DNA of 47,599 bases, from NCBI GenBank assembly GCA_028713495.1, contig JAQTOF010000001.1, forward strand, positions 1-47,599. The letters run 5' to 3'. The stretch is from Candidatus Iainarchaeum sp. (GTDB lineage Archaea; Micrarchaeota; Micrarchaeia; Anstonellales; Bilamarchaeaceae). Shown here piece by piece: positions 8,048 through 16,588 of the stretch (the first letter of the stretch is position 1; each line of letters starts with the position of its first letter). The notes below the pieces were generated by a model. The model ran no database searches. It had not been told where the DNA came from and was given only the letters and a program-made list of their open reading frames with translations. A program made the position numbers and the translations under genes.

Positions 8048-10609
8048 TTACATCGACTTGAATTCTATCAGCATCTTCTCGAGCTCTTCTGCTGTCAGGA
8101 GGAGCAGCGAGCTGCTATCGAGCTCCATCTTTGTTATCAGAGGAGCCACAGACGCAGAGGAATTCAGGAGCGTCTGGAAGTTGTTCTTATCGGCCGGGTT
8201 CTTGAAAACCACTATGGATATGCCATTGCCGATTGTCGAAAGGATCTTCTTCAGGAGTTCCTTCGGATCGCCGCCCTTCTCGTAGAAGTGCAGGAACATC
8301 TGCTGGCCGACCACAGTGAGGACGCTGTCGGCCTCCTTGGATTCGCCAAGCAATGTGAAGGGAATGGCATTGTTGACGCAGATATCGCGCAGGCGGCGCA
8401 TCAGCGCCAGGTATTCGATGGAACGCTTGGTCTTTTCCTCCCAGCTGGCGAGGCCGTAATATCCGAGCGATTCCTTGAGCAGGCCGTGTTTCTCCAAGGT
8501 GTCCAGCAGGAACTCCACGTTGTAGTCGGTTATGTATATCGGCTTGCCCTGGTAGAATATGTCCTTGAAGCCGTTCTTTATCTCGGTGGGCGCCAGAGGC
8601 GTGCACTGCCACCTGTATGTCTCGTTTATCTTCTCGAATATGCCCAGGATGGTGTCTGGAGCCAGGGGTATCTTGGTCCTGGCCACTGGCGGGAAGTCAG
8701 GGACGTCCAGGGAGAAATATATCGCCTCCTGCCTGGCGAAGAGCACGCCTATGCCGACTATGCCTCCTGTCAGTATGATCATGATCCAGAAAAGCGGTTC
8801 AGTGAATATGGTCCTCGCTGCGGCGCGGCTGACTGGCACCGTGGTCTTGAGGCCGCCTGCAGTGAACTCGAACGTGTGCTGACCTAGAGGCAAGGAGGCA
8901 TCACCGAGGAAGCGGCTCATGTCCACAGCCATATGGGTTGTGTCGGTGAACTTATAGGTGCCGTATTTGCCGCCATCGACGCTCACGCTCACATCCTTGA
9001 GCTCGAACGGCTGGCCGGCCATGGATATGTCAAAGTAATAGGTGGATGGTTTCTTCTGATCCTGGCCGGCCCATGTGATGTCTACGGACACCACTTTCAT
9101 GTAGGCCTGCGTGTACACATTGCTTTCATCATCCATCAGTTTCACTATGTATTCGCCGCGGTCCACGTATATCGGCACATCGAAGGACTTGTCGGCCTGC
9201 ACGTTGACATTGCCCTGACTGATGCTTTCAACCTCTGTGCCGTTGCTGTCGGTTATTGTAAGGAACATGTTGGGCTGCGCCGCCTTCGGTTCGCGGAGCA
9301 TCGCGTTCATCCTGATGACGCTGCCGCTTATGTTGGTGGGGACGACCGTGCCGCCCTGCTCGATGAACATATCATTGCTCCGTTTCTTCTCAAGACGTGT
9401 GTACAAAGTCTCGCGCACAGGGAAATCCGATGCTGATGAATAGCCTATGAAATCCACCTTGACAGTGACGTTCGGATTCGTGAACTGATCTGAGAAGAAG
9501 TAGCTCTCGCCTGCGTAGAACGACTGGTTGGCGAACAGGTACTCCTTGGATGCTGCATTGGGCTCTGCCCAGGGGATGTCGAATACGATCGTTGAGACGT
9601 CGTCAGCTGCGCTTGTGTAGTTGCCGCGCCAGCCCCCGTCCAGGGTCTGCGGCAGGAAAACGAATGCGCCATCGCCTTTGCGGATGATGCTGACCGAACC
9701 GTATTTCATTTCACCCTCCCAACCGCCTATCGGCGCAGCCCTGTAGAGCGGCTGGAAGATGTGCATCGCAGGGTCAGTCTCTAGCTGGATGTTCTCATCG
9801 AATGTCACTGGTAGCGATCGTAGGACCTCCTGCGGGGTCGTCTGCACCAGGGTCCCGTTGAGCATCTTGTTGAACGGCTGGCCGATATATACCACGACCA
9901 CGCCGCGGTCAGCCAGGTGGTTCATGGTTATCATGCTGTTCACGCCGAGCATTTCCATGGGTATCACGCCGCTCGGCACTATGACGACCGCTCCACTGGG
10001 GATCGTCTCAAGCTGCTTCAGCGTTATCTCGTTGAGTATTATCTTGCGCTTGGCCAGGTTGGAGCGCAAAGAACGTATGAAGTCAGGATACATTCCGGCC
10101 TCGAAGCGCTCGCTGTTGAGGATGAACACCTCGGAGGGCAGCTCCTGATCATAGGTCGATATGATGACGGAATAATTGACGAGATTGCTCGTGTTATAGT
10201 CTATGAAGACCGCGGCCACGTTCTTCGGGCTTCCCCTTTCGCCTGCGCTGAGGACATCGCCGCTCACGATCGTGTTTTCTATGCCCGGCTTCTCAGAAGG
10301 CGGCTGGAAGACGCCTGCGCCCTGGAACGCTTGGGTGTTGAGGAAAAGCCAGCCTATGGCCAGCACGATTATGGCTATGAAGACGAAAGCACCGAAGACG
10401 ACGAAGTTGAAACCCCCGGGCGGAGCCTGAGAGACCATCGCTTCGGCTTTCTTCTCCTCTTTCTTCGGAGTGAGGACCTTGCGGAGCATGTCCTTTATCT
10501 TTTCTATGGGCGGCCTTTCCTTTGTCCGATAGTGGCTCACGTACTGGTACTTCTTCCTGAGCTCGAACCTGTAGGTCTTTTTCTTTATAGCCGCGTCCAT
10601 CCCTGCCAT
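8048..10609 (-). CDS. Large bitopic membrane protein: basic N-tail, TM, ~500-aa extracytoplasmic region, second TM, ~220-aa C-terminal domain
   Basis: 853-aa ORF. Hydrophobic segments FNFVVFGAFVFIAIIVLAIGWLF and LFWIMIILTGGIVGIGVLFA. Last gene of the ATPase operon, 7 nt after the preceding gene. Confidence 0.8.
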   Translation of the reverse strand: MAGMDAAIKKKTYRFELRKKYQYVSHYRTKERPPIEKIKDMLRKVLTPKKEEKKAEAMVSQAPPGGFNFVVFGAFVFIAIIVLAIGWLFLNTQAFQGAGVFQPPSEKPGIENTIVSGDVLSAGERGSPKNVAAVFIDYNTSNLVNYSVIISTYDQELPSEVFILNSERFEAGMYPDFIRSLRSNLAKRKIILNEITLKQLETIPSGAVVIVPSGVIPMEMLGVNSMITMNHLADRGVVVVYIGQPFNKMLNGTLVQTTPQEVLRSLPVTFDENIQLETDPAMHIFQPLYRAAPIGGWEGEMKYGSVSIIRKGDGAFVFLPQTLDGGWRGNYTSAADDVSTIVFDIPWAEPNAASKEYLFANQSFYAGESYFFSDQFTNPNVTVKVDFIGYSSASDFPVRETLYTRLEKKRSNDMFIEQGGTVVPTNISGSVIRMNAMLREPKAAQPNMFLTITDSNGTEVESISQGNVNVQADKSFDVPIYVDRGEYIVKLMDDESNVYTQAYMKVVSVDITWAGQDQKKPSTYYFDISMAGQPFELKDVSVSVDGGKYGTYKFTDTTHMAVDMSRFLGDASLPLGQHTFEFTAGGLKTTVPVSRAAARTIFTEPLFWIMIILTGGIVGIGVLFARQEAIYFSLDVPDFPPVARTKIPLAPDTILGIFEKINETYRWQCTPLAPTEIKNGFKDIFYQGKPIYITDYNVEFLLDTLEKHGLLKESLGYYGLASWEEKTKRSIEYLALMRRLRDICVNNAIPFTLLGESKEADSVLTVVGQQMFLHFYEKGGDPKELLKKILSTIGNGISIVVFKNPADKNNFQTLLNSSASVAPLITKMELDSSSLLLLTAEELEKMLIEFKSM

Positions 10610-10616
10610 AGTAACA

Positions 10617-11417
10617 CTACTGGACGACTTCCAGATATCCTTCGTTCACTAGCTTGTTCAGCATCTCCTCTACCCGGCCATCCGCCACCTTGAACACCTT
10701 GGCGAACTCCGTGATGTTTATGGAACCGCTGTGCTCGGATACCCATTCCTGGAGCTTGGCCTTGAGGGCATCGTCCGATAACCCTTCCAGCTGCTGCACC
10801 CTGAGCTTATACTCGTCATTCTGTGTCTTGAGTTCGTAATTCTGCGATGTCAGCGCCTGGCTCTGCTCTGTGAGGCGGTCCACCTTCTTGCGGTAGTCAT
10901 CCACCTCCTTCTTGAGCGAGTCATAGGCTGTGTAGAGCTTGGTGTAGTCCATGGTCACAGAGCCCGCGAGCTCCTTTATGGCATTCTCCACCAACTGATA
11001 AAGCGTCTTGTTGTCCACCTGGTAATAGGATTCTATTAGGGAGAGGATGTTGAGCAGGTAGCGGATGACGTCCACCCTGCGTTTTTTGGGACCGATCTCC
11101 GGAGGGATGGTGTAGAGGACCTCGACCTCGTCCTCCTTTATCTTGACTATGGAGAAGAGATAGGGGTTCTTGTCTATGTCCCTGCTCTCCACGTATATCA
11201 CGTTCAGGATGTCCTTCTCCGGCGCGATCTCCAGGAAGGATATGGAACGCAGGATCGTGGCCAGGTCCTTGGGCTTGCCCTTCACGAGCTTGCCTTTTAT
11301 CTTGAAGGCATCCACCTGCGGGGGATGGGGCGCTTCTGTTGCGCCGGCTGGGCGGGCTGGTGCTCCTGGCATCGCAGGGGCTTTCACAGACTTTGCGGTC
11401 GGTAATGGAAGCGGCAT
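10617..11417 (-). CDS. Orphan protein: Pro/Ala-rich N-terminus, globular core, heptad coiled coil, C-terminal winged-helix-like module
   Basis: 266-aa ORF. Coiled-coil stretch KKEVDDYRKKVDRLTEQSQALTSQNYELKTQNDEYKLRVQQLE, and C-terminus ITEFAKVFKVADGRVEEMLNKLVNEGYLEV. Confidence 0.75.
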   Translation of the reverse strand: MPLPLPTAKSVKAPAMPGAPARPAGATEAPHPPQVDAFKIKGKLVKGKPKDLATILRSISFLEIAPEKDILNVIYVESRDIDKNPYLFSIVKIKEDEVEVLYTIPPEIGPKKRRVDVIRYLLNILSLIESYYQVDNKTLYQLVENAIKELAGSVTMDYTKLYTAYDSLKKEVDDYRKKVDRLTEQSQALTSQNYELKTQNDEYKLRVQQLEGLSDDALKAKLQEWVSEHSGSINITEFAKVFKVADGRVEEMLNKLVNEGYLEVVQ

Positions 11418-11427
11418 TGGTCACACC

Positions 11428-11910
11428 TCATCTCTTTTTCTTGGCCTTGGCTCTCGGCTTCTTTTTAGCCAGCCTTTCAGGCCTTTCCTCTGGCTCCTCG
11501 GGTTCCTCTGGCTCAGGCATCGGCACCGGAGGCGGAGGCTTGGGTGGCTGAGCCATGCCCAGTTCCACGGCCGGCGTGTATCTGAATAACGGCAGGGCCA
11601 GGACGAACAGGGCCACCACGAACGCTGATACCATGGCCCAGGCATCGAACCTGCCTGAGCTTATGATGGAATATAGCAGGAGGATGATGACGAGGCCTGC
11701 GAATATGCTTGCGAAAAGCATTGTCCTCTCGAAGGAACGCCGCCTCTCCATGTGCTTCGGCAGATCGGCCTCGCATACGTAGAGCTCGTTCATCTGGGCC
11801 ACTCCGAAAAATTTCTTTATGGCCCTTATGGTCCGGATGATGCGATCCTCCTTGATCGGGACCGCGGCCTTGTTCTCCACATTCGCTTGGCAAGCGACAC
11901 AGACTTTCAT
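11428..11910 (-). CDS. Small membrane protein: N-terminal Cys motif (CVAC..C), two TM helices, Pro/Glu/Lys-rich tail
   Basis: 160-aa ORF with TM segments MLFASIFAGLVIILLLYSII and AMVSAFVVALFVLALPLF. Tail is PPKPPPPVPMPEPEEPEEPEE..KKKPRAKAKKKR. Confidence 0.7.
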   Translation of the reverse strand: MKVCVACQANVENKAAVPIKEDRIIRTIRAIKKFFGVAQMNELYVCEADLPKHMERRRSFERTMLFASIFAGLVIILLLYSIISSGRFDAWAMVSAFVVALFVLALPLFRYTPAVELGMAQPPKPPPPVPMPEPEEPEEPEERPERLAKKKPRAKAKKKR

Positions 11911-11921
11911 GGCAAATCCCT

Positions 11922-13505
11922 CTACTCTTCGAGAATGACCTGGCTTATCTCACGCCCGACACCGCCGCTCTTCTTCAGGTCGACCTTGCCGAAGATGTTG
12001 ATGATCGTGATATCATCTATGCCGGCGTCCTTGAGGAAGTCACCGATGTTCCTGCGGGCGATCCCGTCGCGTTCCAGAGTGATGACGAACGACACCACGT
12101 CCATGCGGCGGTTGCCCTTGTCGAATATCTTGGTGAGTTCCTCAGTCTTGTCATCGGCCAGACCGAACTGGCGCAGCTTCCTCCTGAAATCCTCCTTAAG
12201 GAACGATACGCTTCTTGACACTGCAACATCCCTCCTCTGTTTTTCTGTAAGAACCTCGCTAAGGTCAAGGAAGTATTCCTTGCTCGGCTCCTCTCCCTCG
12301 ATCTTGCTGATTAGGAATGTCGAGGGGTACGGAGTCGGGAGAGTAAGCGATAGGTTGACGGCGCACTGGCCGACACCCAGCCTGCTTATCTCGTCGCGCA
12401 TGTAGTCGCTGAAGTTGAGAGAGCCCTGAAGATAGTCCAGGAACTTCTCGAACTTGACCTTGAGCATGAATGTGGTACCGACGTTGGAGAATATGGCCTC
12501 GCTTATGTCTGTCGGGTTCTGCGATGCGATTATCATGGCGAAGTTGTACTTACGGCCTTCACGGACGATCATGACCGCGTCGCTGTTCTCCTCTTTGCCT
12601 ATCTTCCAGGCTTCGTCCAGCACTATCAGCAGTTTGAGCCCTTTGACATTGGACGCGCCTTCCAGCCTCATCTTCTCCTTGATGAACTGCAGGAGGGTAA
12701 GGGCGGCCAGGGCACGGGATGTCTCGTCAGGAAGGCCTGAGAGATCCAGGTCCACGAGGCCTGATGTGACGAGCTCGTCCAGCTTCACTGTGCTCTGCTG
12801 GGCGAAGAAGTCCTCGCCGGACTTGGTGAACTGCTTGAGCCTGTATATCGCGTTCTCCAGCTCAGCCGGGAACTCGTAGGAGCCTACCTGAGCCTGCTCT
12901 GTGAGCACACGGACCACGTCCTTCAATGTGGGGGGGCTGAGCGGCTTGCCCAGCTCGTCCTTCTGTTCCCTGGCATCCATCCTGAACTTGTCCTCTATGT
13001 AGATCTTCTCTATGGCCTGCTCTGTGAGCCGCCTCTGCTCAGGGTAATTGGCGATGTCTGTTAGCAGCTCCAGGGTCCTCATGACCTGTTTTATGCGGTC
13101 ATAGGGCTTCATGCCGCCCAGATCCAGCAGGTTGAGATAGGAACCCTTGCCCAGGGATATGACCTTGCCGCCGCTCTGCTTAACCCAGTCCTTGTACTCG
13201 CCCGCCCAGTCTATGATGAGGGCGTTGCTGTTCCAGACAAAGGCTGAACGGAGCAGGAAGGTCTTGATGAAATAGGACTTACCTGAACCTGATATGCCGA
13301 CCACGGCGATGTGTGGGTTGGCGACGTTCTCGAAGCTCCAGTAGAAAGGGACGTTGAATATCTTGGTCCTGCCGATATAGATGGCATTGGTCGGGTCACT
13401 GAAAAGGACCTCCATGGGCGGCTCTGGAGGGTAGACCAGTATGCTGCGCCTGGCTATGGCCGTGTTTGGCAGTTTGACGAGCTTAAGCTTGCCTGCTATC
13501 GGCAT
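11922..13505 (-). CDS. FtsK/HerA-superfamily P-loop ATPase (HerA/VirB4-like, DUF87-type)
   Basis: Walker A VVGISGSGKSY, Walker B LLIVLDEAWK, and VREGRKYNFAMIIASQNPTD (Arg-finger/sensor region shared by HerA and VirB4). The start overlaps the upstream stop (TGATG). Confidence 0.85.
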   Translation of the reverse strand: MPIAGKLKLVKLPNTAIARRSILVYPPEPPMEVLFSDPTNAIYIGRTKIFNVPFYWSFENVANPHIAVVGISGSGKSYFIKTFLLRSAFVWNSNALIIDWAGEYKDWVKQSGGKVISLGKGSYLNLLDLGGMKPYDRIKQVMRTLELLTDIANYPEQRRLTEQAIEKIYIEDKFRMDAREQKDELGKPLSPPTLKDVVRVLTEQAQVGSYEFPAELENAIYRLKQFTKSGEDFFAQQSTVKLDELVTSGLVDLDLSGLPDETSRALAALTLLQFIKEKMRLEGASNVKGLKLLIVLDEAWKIGKEENSDAVMIVREGRKYNFAMIIASQNPTDISEAIFSNVGTTFMLKVKFEKFLDYLQGSLNFSDYMRDEISRLGVGQCAVNLSLTLPTPYPSTFLISKIEGEEPSKEYFLDLSEVLTEKQRRDVAVSRSVSFLKEDFRRKLRQFGLADDKTEELTKIFDKGNRRMDVVSFVITLERDGIARRNIGDFLKDAGIDDITIINIFGKVDLKKSGGVGREISQVILEE

Positions 13506-14329
13506 CAGACCACACTCTCTTCAAGCTCTTGGGCAGTGACCGGGAAGAACTTCTCCCATTCGAAGCACTTGAGCATCTCGTCGCCAGTTAGCTGGACGAC
13601 TTCCACATTCAGGGCGTTCGCCAGCACGGTCCTCAGCTCGTTGGACTGGGTGCGCGCCGCGGCTATGGCCGCATCCTTGCTCAGGCCGACCGCAGTGGTC
13701 TGCGCATAGGCGATGATGCCCATGGGCTTCACGCCCTTTATCAGGCGTGTGAGCTCAGCATCCCTGATGGTGACTTCCTTCTCGAACTTGTCCATCTTGA
13801 GCACATCAGGCTGGGGCTTGTCCCTTTCCCTGGCCAGCCTAAGCTGGGCTTCTGCTCTCTTGGTCTCGATCATCTTCCTTTTCTCGCCCACGTCCTCCAC
13901 GAAAAGCATGTAGGCGATCTTTGTGACGTATTTGATGTTGGATATAGCCCTTTCGAAGAACTGCGTGTAGGCGATATTCTCCTCAGCAGACTTCTCGGTC
14001 GCTGACTCGAATATCTTCAGGCCCATGAAGGCAGATGCATAGAAGACGCCGTTGACGTTCTTGACTATGACGTCCTGGGATGGCGGGATCTCATAGCCTG
14101 TGTCGGTCATCATGACGATCTTGGCCCTTTCAGTGACAAGGGGTATGAACAGATAGCCATAGCGCCAGAAGAGCACGCCGAACAACGAGCCCAGTCCGGC
14201 CAGTAGGCCGCCTATAAGGGCGAATGGGCCGACGCCTGCGGTGCCTCCGATGAAGGCGAGCAGGGCTCCCACAATGCCGACAGCTATAGAAGCTATTGTA
14301 TACGTCTTCGCGCCACCAGTGATAGCCAT
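13505..14329 (-). CDS. Membrane protein with two N-terminal TM helices plus ~200-aa soluble domain; first gene of the ATPase operon
   Basis: 274-aa ORF with IASIAVGIVGALLAFIGGTAGVGPFALIGGLLAGLGSLFGVLFW, followed by a mixed alpha/beta region. Confidence 0.8.
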   Translation of the reverse strand: MAITGGAKTYTIASIAVGIVGALLAFIGGTAGVGPFALIGGLLAGLGSLFGVLFWRYGYLFIPLVTERAKIVMMTDTGYEIPPSQDVIVKNVNGVFYASAFMGLKIFESATEKSAEENIAYTQFFERAISNIKYVTKIAYMLFVEDVGEKRKMIETKRAEAQLRLARERDKPQPDVLKMDKFEKEVTIRDAELTRLIKGVKPMGIIAYAQTTAVGLSKDAAIAAARTQSNELRTVLANALNVEVVQLTGDEMLKCFEWEKFFPVTAQELEESVV

Positions 14330-14370
14330 GGAGTATCCCTCGATTCAAGGTTAATAGCATAGTTCCAAAA

Positions 14371-14383
14371 GGGTATAAAAACC
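14371..14383 (-). promoter_or_regulatory. TATA-like element (GGTTTTTATACCC on the minus strand) upstream of the ATPase operon
   Basis: It is the only A/T box in the 102-nt spacer, about 45-50 nt upstream of the ATG at 14329, which is preceded by a GAGGGA Shine-Dalgarno-like site. Confidence 0.35.
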
Positions 14384-14431
14384 GCTCGATTGAGGAGACG
14401 GCGGGCGGACGGTAGCCACGAAGGCACGGAA

Positions 14432-15742
14432 TCAGTCCTTGACCGCATCCTCAACTATCTTCTTCGCATGCCCTATATAGGTGGAATAGTCGAACAGCTC
14501 ATCCGCCTCTTTCTTTGTGAGCAGTTTCTGCGCAATTACCAGGTCCTTGAGATGACGGCCTTTGGAGAACGCTTCCTGGGCGAGCTGGCGCACTGTCTCA
14601 TGGGCATCCTGCCTGCCGAACTTGCCTGTCTCCACCAGGTGTATCATCACCCGCTCTGACATTATCAGGCCCTGGGTGAGCTCAAGATTGCGCTTTATGT
14701 TCTCAGGATAGAAGACCAGACCATCCAGTATCTTAGCCATCTGGAGAGCCATGTAATCCACGCAGATGAAGCTTTCGCCGAATATCGCACGCTCGTTCGC
14801 GCTGTTGGTGAGGTCCCTCTCGTGTTCTAGCGAGATGTTCTCCATCGCGGTCATGGCGTTGGCGCGGACCAGCCTCGCGAGGGAACAGACGCGCTCGCTC
14901 TTGTGCGGGTTGCGTTTCTGCGGCATAGTCGATGAGCCGACCTGCTTTGAAGAGAACGGCTCGGATATTTCGCATATCTCGGTCCTTTGGAGGTTGCGGA
15001 TCTCTTTCGCGATCTTCTCCATGAATGCTGCGGTGAGGGCCAGGGCGCATAGCACTTCTGCGTGCCTGTCCCTTTGGACGACCTGGTTCGTGACAGGATC
15101 CTCTTCCAAACCGAGCTCTTTCATGACAAGCTCCTGTATCTTCGGGCCGTGCTTGCCGAATGTCGCCATCGTGCCGACAGCTCCTGACATCTTGCCTACC
15201 GCGATGCGTCTCTTAGCCTCGGAGAGGCGTTCCTGGTTCCTTTTCAGCTCCTGATAGTATAATGCGAACTTCATCCCGTAGGTTGTCGGAACGGCATGCT
15301 GGCCATGTGTCCTTCCTATGCAGACCGTGCCCTTGTGCTGCAATGCGAGTTTTTTCAGCGTGGTCGCAAGAGCGCCAAGGCTCTGTTCGAGCTGTTCTAT
15401 GGCTTCTATGAAGATCAGCGCAGTGGCAGTGTCCTCTATATCATAACTGGTAGCACCGAGATGGACATATTTGCCTGCACCCCCTGCCTGTTCTGTGAGC
15501 GCACGGACCATGGCCATCAGATCATGGTGGATCTCTTCCTCTATCTCAGCAACCCGTTCAGGGGTGACCCTTTCGGCAGCAGCAGCTATCCTGGCCGGAG
15601 CGTCTTTGGGGATGTTGCCCAACTGCGCGTGCGCTTTGGCCAATGCGACTTCTACAGCCATCCATTTGCGGAGCTTGGCCTCGTCATCAAAAACAGCATT
15701 CATCTCTGTCCTGTATCTCTCTTCGAATGGAGAAACCGCCAT
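14432..15742 (-). CDS. purB: Adenylosuccinate lyase
   Basis: Fumarate-lyase signature GSSTMPQKRNP, with full-length resemblance to PurB. Confidence 0.92.
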   Translation of the reverse strand: MAVSPFEERYRTEMNAVFDDEAKLRKWMAVEVALAKAHAQLGNIPKDAPARIAAAAERVTPERVAEIEEEIHHDLMAMVRALTEQAGGAGKYVHLGATSYDIEDTATALIFIEAIEQLEQSLGALATTLKKLALQHKGTVCIGRTHGQHAVPTTYGMKFALYYQELKRNQERLSEAKRRIAVGKMSGAVGTMATFGKHGPKIQELVMKELGLEEDPVTNQVVQRDRHAEVLCALALTAAFMEKIAKEIRNLQRTEICEISEPFSSKQVGSSTMPQKRNPHKSERVCSLARLVRANAMTAMENISLEHERDLTNSANERAIFGESFICVDYMALQMAKILDGLVFYPENIKRNLELTQGLIMSERVMIHLVETGKFGRQDAHETVRQLAQEAFSKGRHLKDLVIAQKLLTKKEADELFDYSTYIGHAKKIVEDAVKD

Positions 15743-15764
15743 AGTCCATTATCTCTAGTAATGA

Positions 15765-15771
15765 TTTAAAA
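15765..15771. promoter_or_regulatory. Single shared TATA element (TTTAAAA) midway between divergent purB and the 15794 gene
   Basis: The box centre at 15768 is 26 nt from both start codons (15742 on minus, 15794 on plus). Neither has a Shine-Dalgarno. Confidence 0.45.
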
Positions 15772-15793
15772 CCGGCGCCGACAAAAGCTTGTC

Positions 15794-16579
15794 ATGGCGA
15801 AGGTACGAGTTCTCAGGAGGCAGGAGAAGGCATACATCGAGCTGCCGCCAGAGATGACCGGCCATGAGGAGCTCGAGCTCTTCCTTTTGAAAGACGGCTA
15901 TTACCTGCTCACAGCGCCGCTCGGGCAGCCGGTCAGAAAACAAAGCGGAGCGATAAGCGATGTGGAACGCGCAGTCCTCAAGAAACTTCTCGCGATACGG
16001 TTCGAGAACCGCACTCCTGCTTATGTGACGAAAGCGCTTTCAGAACGCGAGAAGGAAGTGCTGGGGGAACTCGAGCAGAAGCGCCTTGTGAACGTCTTCA
16101 GGGGCAACAAGTACAAGGACGGCGTGTACAACATCAGCGACAGCATCTACCCGCTCCTCTCGCAGAAACAAAACGAATCAAAAGAGGCCAGACCAAGCGA
16201 GAACGAAGCCGGAAGGGCTGCTCCCCCAAGAGATGCCCTGCAACCAAGCGGTGCGTTCAGCGTATTGAATACTCGGGGCTTCATCATTGTCCAGGACAAA
16301 AGGGAAGCTATGGTGCTCTCCGACCAGATGTCCCAGCAGATGAAAAAAGGGGAAGTCGTCGGGGTGAAGGGCTTTGACGGCAGGTTCTACATAGTCACAA
16401 GGAGTTATCTCGCAGAGGCGTGCAAGAAGATAAATTCAGTGCTGAAGGAAGACATGGACGCGCCATCAATCGCATCCGCTGCCAAACTCGATCCTGATGG
16501 ATGCATCGCTGCGCTGAGGCTGATGGCCGAGAACGGCGATGTGATAGAGAGGAAAAGGGGCGTCTTCGCCCCGGTGTAA
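15794..16579 (+). CDS. Hypothetical protein with possible AbrB-like N-terminus and winged-helix-like segments
   Basis: 261-aa ORF at leaderless spacing from the TATA. It contains MAKVRVLRRQEKAYIELPPEM, and the C-terminal LRLMAENGDVIERKRGVF resembles a wHTH wing. Confidence 0.65.
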   Translation: MAKVRVLRRQEKAYIELPPEMTGHEELELFLLKDGYYLLTAPLGQPVRKQSGAISDVERAVLKKLLAIRFENRTPAYVTKALSEREKEVLGELEQKRLVNVFRGNKYKDGVYNISDSIYPLLSQKQNESKEARPSENEAGRAAPPRDALQPSGAFSVLNTRGFIIVQDKREAMVLSDQMSQQMKKGEVVGVKGFDGRFYIVTRSYLAEACKKINSVLKEDMDAPSIASAAKLDPDGCIAALRLMAENGDVIERKRGVFAPV

Positions 16580-16588
16580 GGGTTCTCC

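Noticed and set aside
9917-10693. 258-aa plus-strand ORF inside the 853-aa membrane-protein gene
   Set aside because: It is antisense to a long ORF with coherent TM/domain organisation and operon context. It has no motifs and crosses a gene boundary.
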